NCBI GenBank assembly: GCA_963718665.1
Contig: OY970359.1
Span: 2,240,001 to 2,304,000 of the forward strand
Reading direction: 5' to 3'
DNA: 64,000 bases
From: an uncultured Phycisphaerales bacterium
GTDB taxonomy: Bacteria; Planctomycetota; Phycisphaerae; Sedimentisphaerales; Anaerobacaceae
The notes under the pieces were generated by a model. That model saw only the letters and a list, made by a program, of their open reading frames with translations, did no database searches and was not told where the DNA came from. Of this stretch, positions 9,292-17,868 are shown piece by piece; positions within the stretch are counted from its first letter, which is position 1; the number at the start of each line of letters is the position of its first letter. Position numbers and translations under genes: made by a program.

Positions 9292-9440
9292 TCTTGTATC
9301 CTAAGAATCACACCATTAACTATAAATCCTCTCGTTCACGGAGTCAAAATAAAAAGGGGGTAATAATAAATTGCGGATTTTAGATTTGGGATTTGGTGCT
9401 TTGGATATTGACCCGTCTTCTGTCCTCAGTTCTCTGTCTT

Positions 9441-11105
9441 CTATTTACCCGCCTTGCGAATCTGTTCCTTTATCCGTTGTATATGTCCTCTGCCTAATCC
9501 TTTGACTTCGCAGCCAAGCTCGAAATATTGTCGAATCTTATCGTCGTCCAAAATCCCAAAGCAGTCAACTATCGCAATTGGCCCGCCTGCCCATTCGACT
9601 AACTGTTTTGGCTCAATGTTCAGGTACTGTTTATGAGGAACAGCTAAAATAACCGCCTCGACTCCCTTAACTGCCCTCGGCAAATCCTTCTGCACACGGA
9701 GATTTACCAAATCCTCCTGCTTATGGAAGAATCTCGCCCACGACTGGCCCGGCGAGGGAAATGTGTCCTGCTGCTCTAATTCATACCAGTGCTCAACGTA
9801 GGGGTCATGAACCGACATCTCCGCACCCATCTCTGTCAGTTTACGCACGATGATTTCCGAGCCGCTGTATCGCGTGTCGCCGACGTCCTGCCGATAGCTC
9901 GCGCCGCAGAGCAGCACCCTCGCGTTGGCGACCATTTTGCCCATATTCCGAAGCGCATTGCGCGTCAGCTCCGCGACGTGCAGCGACCGCGTATCATTAA
10001 TATCAATCGCCATCGTCGTCATCTTGAATATATCATCCTCATACCCAAGGATATGCTTATACGCCCAGAAGCCCAGCCCGCCGTCTTTGGGCAGACAATA
10101 TCCGCCCACGCCCGGCCCGGGGAATATCATATTATTATGCGTAGGCCTCATCTTGATGGCCTTGATTACCTTAATCAGGTCAACGCCGTTGCGCTCCGCG
10201 AACAAGCTCCACTCATCCAGGAACGCCAGCATCGTCGCCCGAAACGAATTCTCGACAATCTTACTTGTCTCCGATTCGATTGGGCGGTCCATTACCGTCA
10301 GTGGAAATTGCTCGGTGTTCAGCACCTCGCGCAAAAACTTCTCCACCCGCTGCTTTGCTTCATCGTTGCATCCGGAACAAACCCGCCAAATATCGCGAAT
10401 CGACGAAACATAATTTTTACCCGGCATCACGCGCTCATAACTGTGCGCAAGCAGCGGCTCCGCCTTTAATCCTCTTGCCGCGAATGCCCGCTTCATTATA
10501 GGCCAGCCGATATATTCCGTCGTCCCCGGCGCAACCGTCGTCTCTATCAGCGTCAGGCATTTTTCCCCGACCTTACTTCCGATTGTCTTTATCACCGCCT
10601 CAAGCGCCGCCATCTCCACGCTGCCCGTCCGCATATTGCCCAGTTCCTGCTTGGTATAATCGCACTGCACGTCAACCACCACGCAGTCCGCCAGCTTGAG
10701 GCAATCATTATTATATGTGGCCGTCAGCGTTTTCTTTTCCGTAACGCATCGCCTTATCATCGGCGCAACTTCCGGGTCCTCCGCTTTGACGGGCGAATTG
10801 CCCTTGTTGAGCATCATTATCTTCCAGTAGCTTCTATCGTTTGGCAAATCGCATCCGATGACAAACTTATTCGGCTTGCCCGTTTTACCCTGAGCTCCGT
10901 CGAAGGGCTTCTTATCGACCGTGTCGGCTATTATCGCCGCCATCACCGCCCCGACAAACCCCACCCCCATCACCACGACTATTTCCTTGCCTTGCTTGCG
11001 TGCCGCCTCCGCCAGAGTTTCCACGCGTTTGAATTCCTGCGTGTAATCTTCTTGTCCCGGCAGGGGGTATCGTTTGCCTTCTGGACTAACCGAATATTCC
11101 GGCAT
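9441..11105 (-). CDS. Nucleotide-sugar dehydrogenase, copy 2
   Basis: Colinear paralog of 3199-4842 with GVGFVG and GPGVGGYCLPKD; carries an 8-aa insertion PFDGAQGK. Confidence 0.9.
   Translation of the reverse strand: MPEYSVSPEGKRYPLPGQEDYTQEFKRVETLAEAARKQGKEIVVVMGVGFVGAVMAAIIADTVDKKPFDGAQGKTGKPNKFVIGCDLPNDRSYWKIMMLNKGNSPVKAEDPEVAPMIRRCVTEKKTLTATYNNDCLKLADCVVVDVQCDYTKQELGNMRTGSVEMAALEAVIKTIGSKVGEKCLTLIETTVAPGTTEYIGWPIMKRAFAARGLKAEPLLAHSYERVMPGKNYVSSIRDIWRVCSGCNDEAKQRVEKFLREVLNTEQFPLTVMDRPIESETSKIVENSFRATMLAFLDEWSLFAERNGVDLIKVIKAIKMRPTHNNMIFPGPGVGGYCLPKDGGLGFWAYKHILGYEDDIFKMTTMAIDINDTRSLHVAELTRNALRNMGKMVANARVLLCGASYRQDVGDTRYSGSEIIVRKLTEMGAEMSVHDPYVEHWYELEQQDTFPSPGQSWARFFHKQEDLVNLRVQKDLPRAVKGVEAVILAVPHKQYLNIEPKQLVEWAGGPIAIVDCFGILDDDKIRQYFELGCEVKGLGRGHIQRIKEQIRKAGK
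10884..10907. repeat. Palindromic element inserted in-frame in a CDS
   Basis: The 24-bp CCCTTCGACGGAGCTCAGGGTAAA (minus strand) is absent from the paralog; related intergenic copies at 11252-11275 and 21318-21368. Confidence 0.7.
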
Positions 11106-11211
11106 TCACTGTTCCTTTCTGCGTTCCGTGTTTACATATTTAACGTCAATAAATCCCGCAGAGTTTACCCTCAAAAACCCGTCAGGCAAGGTTTTTTTAC
11201 CGCGGCGTTTA

Positions 11212-11275
11212 CCTCGGCGTAGTTCCTTAACGAAGCCGGGAAGCGTAGCGACCTGTGGTGAGCTAAGTCGAACCA
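11212..11275. repeat. Two adjacent short palindromic elements
   Basis: cctcggcgtagttccttaacgaagccggg and cctgtggtgagctaagtcgaacca. Confidence 0.55.
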
Positions 11276-11320
11276 AGCCGGGTCTTCCCCCCTGAACACC
11301 CAAATCTGAATTTAAAACCC

Positions 11321-11370
11321 CCTGTGTCCTCTGTGTTCTCTGTGGCTAATAATCATTAAAATCTCTGTGG
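11321..11370. repeat. 9-bp periodic microrepeat (CTCTGTG-type)
   Basis: cctgtgtcctctgtgttctctgtggct...ctctgtgg; reverse-complement copies at 19969-19997 and 22362-22390. Confidence 0.6.
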
Positions 11371-11376
11371 CAAAAT

Positions 11377-11404
11377 AAAAAAGCCCCGTCTTTCAACAGG
11401 GCTT
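11377..11404 (-). terminator. Rho-independent terminator
   Basis: AAGCCC/GGGCTT stem followed by a U-run on the minus strand, downstream of the 11439 stop. Confidence 0.65.
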
Positions 11405-11438
11405 CAGTAACTATCCGCTACACGCTACACGCTGCTTT

Positions 11439-11816
11439 TCAGTCCTCCGTCTTGCGTTCACCGTTGTTCTTGCATTCCGCCAGCTTGCCCGGCTCAGCGG
11501 TTTTCCTATAGCCCAGCGCCTTGATTACCTCCAGCACCTCAGTCCACGTCGGGAAGGGGCGGGCGTTGGCCTTTTTGTATTCATTGATGGCCATCAAAAA
11601 CTCGAACTGCTCATCGGACATTTGTCCTTCTTCGGCGCTTCTGCGGTCATCGCTCCTGCGTTTGCCCGGCCCGCGCCGGCGGTCAAGTCCGATTCTCCTG
11701 TCGAGTCCTGCTCGCCGGTCAATACCGACTCGCCTGTCAACGACACTGTCTCTGCGGTCCTCCTCGGTGTTGCATCCCACGGGCTGTTGCTCATTATTCA
11801 GTTCATTTGTTGCCAT
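11439..11816 (-). CDS. Hypothetical protein with tandem xGxDRR repeats
   Basis: Start placed at MATNEL behind AAGGGAG; repeats DRRVGIDRRAGLDRRIGLDRR; C-terminal QFEFLMAINEYKK..RPFPTWTEVLEVIKALGYRK domain. Confidence 0.75.
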   Translation of the reverse strand: MATNELNNEQQPVGCNTEEDRRDSVVDRRVGIDRRAGLDRRIGLDRRRGPGKRRSDDRRSAEEGQMSDEQFEFLMAINEYKKANARPFPTWTEVLEVIKALGYRKTAEPGKLAECKNNGERKTED

Positions 11817-11874
11817 TGCGTCTCCCTTGTTTATTGACTGCACGCCGTACGCTGTACGCCGTGTCCTGGTTTAA

Positions 11875-12255
11875 CTAATCCTCAAAGATGTCGCCTTCTA
11901 AGTCATCTTCATTCTCTTCATCGAGTCCGAAATCATAAAAATCATCGTATGCGTCCTGCGACTCGATTACCACGTGTGCCTCATCCACCATATCGTCCGG
12001 CACATACACCGCGAAGTGAGTACCCTCGCCGAACTCATTCGGCCTCTCCTTCACCATCGCTGGGATATCGTTGTTCTTCAGCAGTGTCTCGCAGTCCTTC
12101 GCTTCATCCAGCATGCTCGACGTCGCTACCACGACAAGCTCCTGCATTCCCCGGCTGTGATTTCGGCCGCTGCTCTTCGGCGCCGAATGCACCGATATCG
12201 AATTACTCGCTTGTGTCGATTGTCTCTTATGTGCCTTTTTCGTCTTCTTATTCAT
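11875..12255 (-). CDS. Hypothetical protein, DUF2007-like with acidic tail
   Basis: EAKDCETLLKNNDIPAMVKE...VYVPDDMVDEAHVVIE pattern; start at MNKKTKK behind GGGAG. Confidence 0.6.
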   Translation of the reverse strand: MNKKTKKAHKRQSTQASNSISVHSAPKSSGRNHSRGMQELVVVATSSMLDEAKDCETLLKNNDIPAMVKERPNEFGEGTHFAVYVPDDMVDEAHVVIESQDAYDDFYDFGLDEENEDDLEGDIFED

Positions 12256-12537
12256 TATTCCATCTCCCTGTCTTACATCTCGTTTCTCGTCGTTCGTAAT
12301 ACGTATTGCGTGGTCAGTTCGCACTACGCAGAACTCTCGCTAATTTCTTCGTCAATTACTCACCCCCTGTTTATCAAAAAATCACATCCTTTTTTAATTG
12401 TGCCGCCTTTACCTAACCCCTTGTCTATACTTGACTTACTTCGATATTAGCTATTGGCTGTTGGATATTGGATATTGGACATTGTGCGTTTATCGTGGGG
12501 GGGTGGACATTTAATGCTGTCCGCTGTCTGCAAAAAC

Positions 12538-12567
12538 GAAAAAGGCCACGCATTGCGTGGCCTTTTC
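12538..12567 (-). terminator. Rho-independent terminator of the csp gene
   Basis: AAAAGGCCACGCA-T-TGCGTGGCCTTTT perfect inverted repeat just downstream of the stop. Confidence 0.8.
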
Positions 12568-12588
12568 TCTGAGTCAATTGCTGGTCGT

Positions 12589-12798
12589 CTATTTCGGTAC
12601 TACGTTTGTCGCGCAGGGGCCTTTTTTGCCCTGGCCAACCTCGTACTCAACTACCTGACCTTCGCTCAAGCTTGAATACCCGGATGACTTGATTTCCGAG
12701 TGGTGAACGAACAGGTCTGGGCCGCCGTCGTCAGCTACGATAAACCCGAAACCTTTTTGATCATTGAACCATTTTACTTTACCTGTACTCACTAACAT
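12589..12798 (-). CDS. cspA: Cold-shock protein
   Basis: [15 protein letters not shown] (RNP1) and LFVHHSEI (RNP2); the true start may be GTG at 12792 given the AAGGAG spacing. Confidence 0.95.
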   Translation of the reverse strand: MLVSTGKVKWFNDQKGFGFIVADDGGPDLFVHHSEIKSSGYSSLSEGQVVEYEVGQGKKGPCATNVVPK

Positions 12799-13016
12799 AC
12801 TCCTTGGCCTTTTAATCGGCCGTCAATCTATAATGCCTCTCACATTTTGTGTTTGGAATATCCTCGAGAAGCGAAAAGATATGCCCTACAAGTCAGTTAT
12901 TATACCACATCTTTCCCCCGCTGCACTATAAATAATAAAAAATTATTCAAAATTCCAAAAAAGAAAATGGGATTAGACGCTGATTAACCCAGTGAGATAG
13001 GCGAAGCCGCAGCGTT

Positions 13017-13048
13017 CCTCCTTCGTCCCTGGACTACGGAGGACAGGC
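13017..13048. repeat. Short palindromic element overlapping the 3' end of the HNH-AP2 gene
   Basis: cctccttcgtccctggactacggaggacaggc; its reverse complement matches the 4941-4972 family and contains the TAG stop. Confidence 0.6.
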
Positions 13049-13639
13049 TCCAGCCTTATCCTGAGGGAAGTTAAGTCGAGCAAATTCCCTATGGTATTCG
13101 AGAGCAGCTTTATCGTACGCAAGGGCGGCTTCGATTTCGGAAGTGAAACTGCCCAACCAAATTTTTTTCCCTTTATGTTTAATATTCGCATACCAGTGGG
13201 TTTTTTCAGGGCAAAGACATACCCCTTTATATTGAGACGAAGTATTTTTTGTTTTGCGTCTGTTGCACTGGTTTTGAGAATTGGTGGCTAAACGTAAATT
13301 GGCCCTGCGATTGTCGAGTTTGTCGCTGTTTTGATGGTCAACAAGAGTGCCTTTAGGGGCATTCATAATCTCTCTATGTATAAAGATGGTTTCTACTCGT
13401 CCGCATTTGGTTTGTTTGAGTATGCGAGCGGCATAAATCCGACCTTCATCGCCGCAGGCGGTCCATTTGAAACGGCCGAGGGTATAATAGACATCGACGT
13501 CAACGATGGTGAAGCAATTCTCGCCGAGGTCAATTTTGCGGAAGGTGTAGCCATAACGGAACAGGCGAAAGGCAAGTAGGGGTAAGGTGAAAAGAAAGTC
13601 GAGCCAGACGGGAATTGTTATAGTTAAATGTGCAGACAT
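13034..13639 (-). CDS. HNH endonuclease with C-terminal AP2 DNA-binding domain
   Basis: IHREIM...VDHQNSDKLDNRRANLR..N..N (HNH) and SQYKGV...WYANI...KIWLGSF.SEIEAALAYD.AA...EFARLNF (AP2). Confidence 0.9.
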   Translation of the reverse strand: MSAHLTITIPVWLDFLFTLPLLAFRLFRYGYTFRKIDLGENCFTIVDVDVYYTLGRFKWTACGDEGRIYAARILKQTKCGRVETIFIHREIMNAPKGTLVDHQNSDKLDNRRANLRLATNSQNQCNRRKTKNTSSQYKGVCLCPEKTHWYANIKHKGKKIWLGSFTSEIEAALAYDKAALEYHREFARLNFPQDKAGACPP

Positions 13640-13658
13640 AGTTTCCTCCAGAACAAGA

Positions 13659-13742
13659 AATTCTAATTTCTAAATCCTAATCTCTAAACAAATCCCAAAT
13701 TTCAAACAAACAACAAATCACAAATTGCAAATAACAAATGAT
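13659..13742. repeat. 7-bp periodic degenerate tandem repeat
   Basis: aaattct aatttct aaatcct aatctct ... caaatca caaattg caaataa caaatga. Confidence 0.65.
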
Positions 13743-14246
13743 TTGGAACTTGCCTGTTCTTGGCGTGAAACTTGCCCTCCCGGGGCGAGTACTCGGAAGA
13801 CGGAAGACAGACGACAGAGGACAGATTGGCCGGCCTCCGACCTCGGTCATCCGTCCTAGGGACCATAACGTTCCTCTATATATAAGGTGAAATTACACGC
13901 ATTTTAAGGAGTTACGAAACACGATTTTTTTGCCCAAAATCAGTAAGTTCTTGTGGGGGAAGGGATAAAAAAATATTTTAAAATCACCGATTTTTTTTGG
14001 GTATATAGGTAATTTTGGGGAAAAGCGATTGATTGAACTGCCCAGATTGACATTTCGCCGCAAATTCGAAAATCAAGAACCCGGCAATAAAGTTGCCGGG
14101 TCATAAAAATTGTAAAACCAACACTTGCCCGCCGTCCGTTTGGCGAGGTTTGCCGCCCCCTCGGTTTCGACCACAAGGGGGGTGGCAATTTGCCCCCACC
14201 CTTTGGCAAACTCTGGGGCCGGCTTCGTTCATAAACTGTTTTTTGT

Positions 14247-15122
14247 CTAATGCACGCCAATTTTCCAGACGCCTTTTTCAAGAAAAGCTTCTATGGTCTG
14301 GCGGTTTGCTTTATTTATCAAATTGGAGTGTGATAAGTTAAACTCTTTGGCGTATTCGGCAAGCGTCATAATGCGCGCGCTTTCCAGATACGCAAGCCGC
14401 TTGTAATAACTATTCGTAAGGGCTTTACCGACTATTTCCTCCATAATCCTTGTGGCGCCTTTTTCGTCAAATTCGTTAAACGCATCGTAATACATCTTCC
14501 TGTCAATGAATTTAATATTCACCGGCACGAATCCTTCTCGTATAAGCAGATAATTATTTATTACCCTTCCGATACGGCCGTTGCCATCGACAAACGGGTG
14601 GATGTATTCAAACGTAAGATGCAGCAGCGCAATGCGTTTTATAATATTTTCATGACTGTTTGCGTTATACGCCGCGAGCATTTTTTCCAATCTTCCAACC
14701 ACTTCTTTGGGGTCCGGGGCTATGTGGCTGGCAACTCGAACCCATTCGCCTTGCTGTCTAAATCTTCCGGCGACATCATCCCGGATATTTGCTATAAGCA
14801 TTTTGTGAAGCAGCAGTAAACCATCCAGGGTAAGCTCCTGTTCTTTGGCTTTTGTATCGATATACGAAACTACCCGCGCGAGATTTTTGGCTTCAAAAAT
14901 TTCTCTTTCGGTTATGTATCTGTCTAAGTTTATCTGCAAAAGGATTTTTTCTGTGTCTTCGAGTGTAAGGGTGCTGTTCTCGATGGCATTGGAGTTATAC
15001 ACCTGCTCGGCGACTTCCGCTTCGCTCAATAATTTTATAAGCGATTGTTTCCCTACAGACGCGGCATAATACCGCTCCCTGAGCCGATGGATTGTATTAA
15101 AAACATGCAATACCTTTGCCAT
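14247..15122 (-). CDS. Fic-family protein with C-terminal HTH-like segment
   Basis: Canonical HPFVDGNGRIGR, N-terminal YNSNAIENS, C-terminal MTLAEYAKEFNLSHSNLINKA. Confidence 0.9.
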   Translation of the reverse strand: MAKVLHVFNTIHRLRERYYAASVGKQSLIKLLSEAEVAEQVYNSNAIENSTLTLEDTEKILLQINLDRYITEREIFEAKNLARVVSYIDTKAKEQELTLDGLLLLHKMLIANIRDDVAGRFRQQGEWVRVASHIAPDPKEVVGRLEKMLAAYNANSHENIIKRIALLHLTFEYIHPFVDGNGRIGRVINNYLLIREGFVPVNIKFIDRKMYYDAFNEFDEKGATRIMEEIVGKALTNSYYKRLAYLESARIMTLAEYAKEFNLSHSNLINKANRQTIEAFLEKGVWKIGVH

Positions 15123-15128
15123 AATTAT

Positions 15129-15157
15129 ATTATACGCCTAATTCACGCTTTTGCCAA
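15129..15157 (-). promoter_or_regulatory. Putative sigma70 promoter TTGGCA-N17-TATAAT, leaderless, for fic
   Basis: TATAAT lies 6 nt from the ATG with no SD; overlapped by TTCACG-N16-CGTGAA. Confidence 0.6.
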
Positions 15158-15534
15158 CATAATCGTGAAAAAGTTACAAAAAACCGACTATTTTCACGCT
15201 TTTGAACTGTAATTACTCCCGCAAAAGCCGCCTTTGCCTATATCGACCATATCGGTGATATCAACGAAATGATCCTCTACACGCTGTCCGCTGAACGCCG
15301 TCCGCTGTCGCCCATTTTCTGTCCTCTGCCCTCCGTCATCTGTCCTCTGTCTTATCACGGCCTTCTACTATCGCTGCTTATCGACTACGAAAAATATATT
15401 TGAAAAATATCTCACCTCGCATCTGGCAAACCATATTCCTCAAGAACCTGCCTAAAACGCATTATCCTTGACTTTTTTACTGCCATGTTTACCATATGTT
15501 TGTATTTGTAATAAAATTAGGAGTATTGCCAAGA

Positions 15535-15798
15535 ATGGAATCGCGTACAATAACACTTACTAAAGCCGCTTTCGACCACGGAAACCTTAACATACGTTCC
15601 TGCGGCAAAAATTTCTTCCCCCAGGACGTATTCGGCAATTCCTCACGCCGTAAAGGCATAGGCGCCCCTATCATAATAAAAGCTGATGGGATTCTACGGC
15701 CAATCGAAACGGATATCCCTACAGATGTAAAAACCGGCAAACCTCGATGGATTTTCAGAAATAGATCTTGGGTAAAAGAATTGGATATTTTTGATTAA
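15535..15798 (+). CDS. Hypothetical protein, probably an N-terminal gene fragment
   Basis: Protein-like sequence from MESRTITL behind AGGAG; ends abruptly where base composition turns AT-rich. Confidence 0.5.
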   Translation: MESRTITLTKAAFDHGNLNIRSCGKNFFPQDVFGNSSRRKGIGAPIIIKADGILRPIETDIPTDVKTGKPRWIFRNRSWVKELDIFD

Positions 15799-15992
15799 TG
15801 GAAATAGTGGAACAAGACAAATTAGTGTTCTCAATCACTTTGGATGATTTGCAGCATGAGTCTTTAGAAAGAATTGGCAGGGTATTGACCGACGAAGAAA
15901 TCCACATCGCAAAGAAGGGTTTAGAATCTGGATTACTCACGGATATTGATACTGTTTATAAAACGATATTTTCTGAAATGATTGGGAAATGA
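15798..15992 (+). CDS. Small hypothetical protein
   Basis: Translationally coupled on both sides (TAATG, ATGA overlaps). Confidence 0.6.
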   Translation: MEIVEQDKLVFSITLDDLQHESLERIGRVLTDEEIHIAKKGLESGLLTDIDTVYKTIFSEMIGK

Positions 15993-16927
15993 ATATGGCA
16001 GCGCAACAATTAAGTCCTTCTGACTTATTAGCATCCCAATTTCTTGAAAAAGCAAAAGAATTTCAAGCAAATGTTGAACTTATCAGAGTTCTAAAGTCAA
16101 GAACCTATCATATTGGGGAGGCAAATGTTTTAGTTCGCGCTTCATCAGAGGGTAACAGAAGATATTTTTTTGGCATCAATTATATAACTGTTGAAGAAAT
16201 TGCGAACCTTGACAACCCATTTATTGCTTTCATTTGTGGTTCTATTAATAAAGTTGTAATTATACCAGCCAAAATTCTTTTCAAGCATTTACCACAAATT
16301 AGCCACGACAGAAACGGTGAATACAAAATCAATATTGATAAAGAGTTGAACATTGTTCTGGCAGGAAGAAATAATAGGATTGATTGCAGCGGATTAATAA
16401 ATAATTGGAATCTGCTTTTGTCTCCTCCTCTAATTAAAGAAGAAGTAAGAAATACAGTGGAGGAAAGCTTGCATTCCATTTTGCAAGGTCGATTGTTGGA
16501 AATTGGAAACATTCGCGGTTATCATACCTACTGTCCGGATAAATCTAAAAAGTTCAACGAAAAAAGATTAGAAGAAATCTCAACTCTGAAAAATTGCCCT
16601 CAGTTGCAGTTTTCAGATTACAACTTGCTTAGACAGATTGATGTTTTGTGGTTTCAAAATCGTGGAAGCAATTTCGTCCCTGAATGTGCCTTTGAGGTCG
16701 AATTATCAACCGGAGTTTGGGCAGGTGTTGGAAGGATGGCCACATTATTGGATTACAAAAATGTCAGCTTTTTCGTAATTGCTAATGACTCAAAAAAATA
16801 TAAGCAAGTCATGAATTCATTTTCTGAATACGAAAGCCGTTACAAGTTCATTGCGAATGACTTTATCGACGACCTTTATTCTGCCGAGCTCAATCTGAAG
16901 GAATTAAGAATTGAAATTGGCTTGTAA
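15989..16927 (+). CDS. Putative PD-(D/E)XK-like nuclease / restriction-associated protein
   Basis: C-terminal IDVLWF...AFEVELST motif; AT-rich; lies next to a REase fragment. Confidence 0.55.
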   Translation: MNMAAQQLSPSDLLASQFLEKAKEFQANVELIRVLKSRTYHIGEANVLVRASSEGNRRYFFGINYITVEEIANLDNPFIAFICGSINKVVIIPAKILFKHLPQISHDRNGEYKINIDKELNIVLAGRNNRIDCSGLINNWNLLLSPPLIKEEVRNTVEESLHSILQGRLLEIGNIRGYHTYCPDKSKKFNEKRLEEISTLKNCPQLQFSDYNLLRQIDVLWFQNRGSNFVPECAFEVELSTGVWAGVGRMATLLDYKNVSFFVIANDSKKYKQVMNSFSEYESRYKFIANDFIDDLYSAELNLKELRIEIGL

Positions 16928-17649
16928 AGTTTCAAAACTATAATCCCGAGCCCGCATCAATGCCTTTCCATACGAGGTTGCTTGGCAAAAGCCGTATGGC
17001 TTTGTTTTCTTTCATCCATTCTTTAAACACTAATTTCGGAACAAGTATTTTTGAGCCGGCTGCTTTAGCATTAGCTTCTTCAAAGTTTGCGAGTGCAGAA
17101 TCACAGCAAACAGCAGGAACACAAATTTATTCCGAGGCGCACAGAGTTATACAAAACATAATGGACGGTTTAGCAACGGCCAATGCTTCGCCAAACAAGC
17201 CACAGGAAATCAATGCAATCAGGGCTGTTTGCACACATGGCGAAATGAAAAATGTCAAACTTACGAAAGTTGACATTAAACTTGTTGCACAAAACGGTAT
17301 AATTTATCTATTCGATCTCAAGACAGCAAAACCAAACGCCGGTGGTTTTAAAGAATTTAAGCGGACACTGTTAGAATGGGTCGCAGCTACGCTTGCAAGC
17401 AATCCAACGGCGAATGTCCAATCCCTTATAGCAATTCCGTACAATCCTTACGAACCTGAACCGTACAATCACTGGACGATGCGAGGAATGCTTGACCTCC
17501 CTAACGAATTGAAAGTTGCAAACGAATTTTGGGATTTTATCGGCGGCGAAGGCGCTTACCAAGATTTGCTCGATATCTTTGAAAGGGTAGGAATTGAATT
17601 GAGACCTGAAATTGATGCTTACTTCACACGATACAACAGGCAAAATTAA
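16927..17649 (+). pseudogene. TdeIII-family type II restriction endonuclease, 5'-truncated
   Basis: MPFHTRLLG..RMALFSFIHSLNTNFGTSIFE, VD..FDLKTAKPN and IPYNPYEP recognised as TdeIII-like. In-frame KFQNYNPEPAS precedes the ATG at 16960 and then runs into the upstream gene, with a stop at 16912. Confidence 0.7.
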
Positions 17650-17709
17650 TCAGTGTCATCAGTGAAATCAGTGGCTAAAAAAATATTAGTGTCTTTGTGC
17701 CTTTGTGGC
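17649..17709. repeat. 9-bp periodic microrepeats
   Basis: atcagtgtc atcagtgaa atcagtggc and ttagtgtct ttgtgcct ttgtggc at the right edge of the island. Confidence 0.55.
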
Positions 17710-17868
17710 GAATCGCCCCCCCGATTAAAAATTTTGCATTTATAGGCATTTTTCTGTTGCAAAAGTAATAGCTATCCGACATATAAGAGAACAATTCGTT
17801 TGCCGGCTCAATGGTGTTGGCCGGCTAAATTAAGATTTTAGGTTTTTTTTTATGGAGGTTTTTTTAAC

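Noticed and set aside
13940..14341. ORFs 13940-14281 (-) and 14093-14341 (+)
   Set aside because: They run through hairpin-rich intergenic DNA, have no SD or recognisable domain, and overlap the fic 3' end.
6229..15452. Similar CTGGCAAAC...TCAAGAAC motifs upstream of two accessory plus-strand gene groups (about 6230 and 15423)
   Set aside because: Short, gapped match with only two instances; does not fit sigma54 spacing; cannot be distinguished from chance.
6290..17649. Prophage or integrative element interpretation of the primase-like, HNH-AP2 and Fic genes
   Set aside because: No integrase, terminase, capsid, relaxase or att pair, and core-type genes are interspersed.
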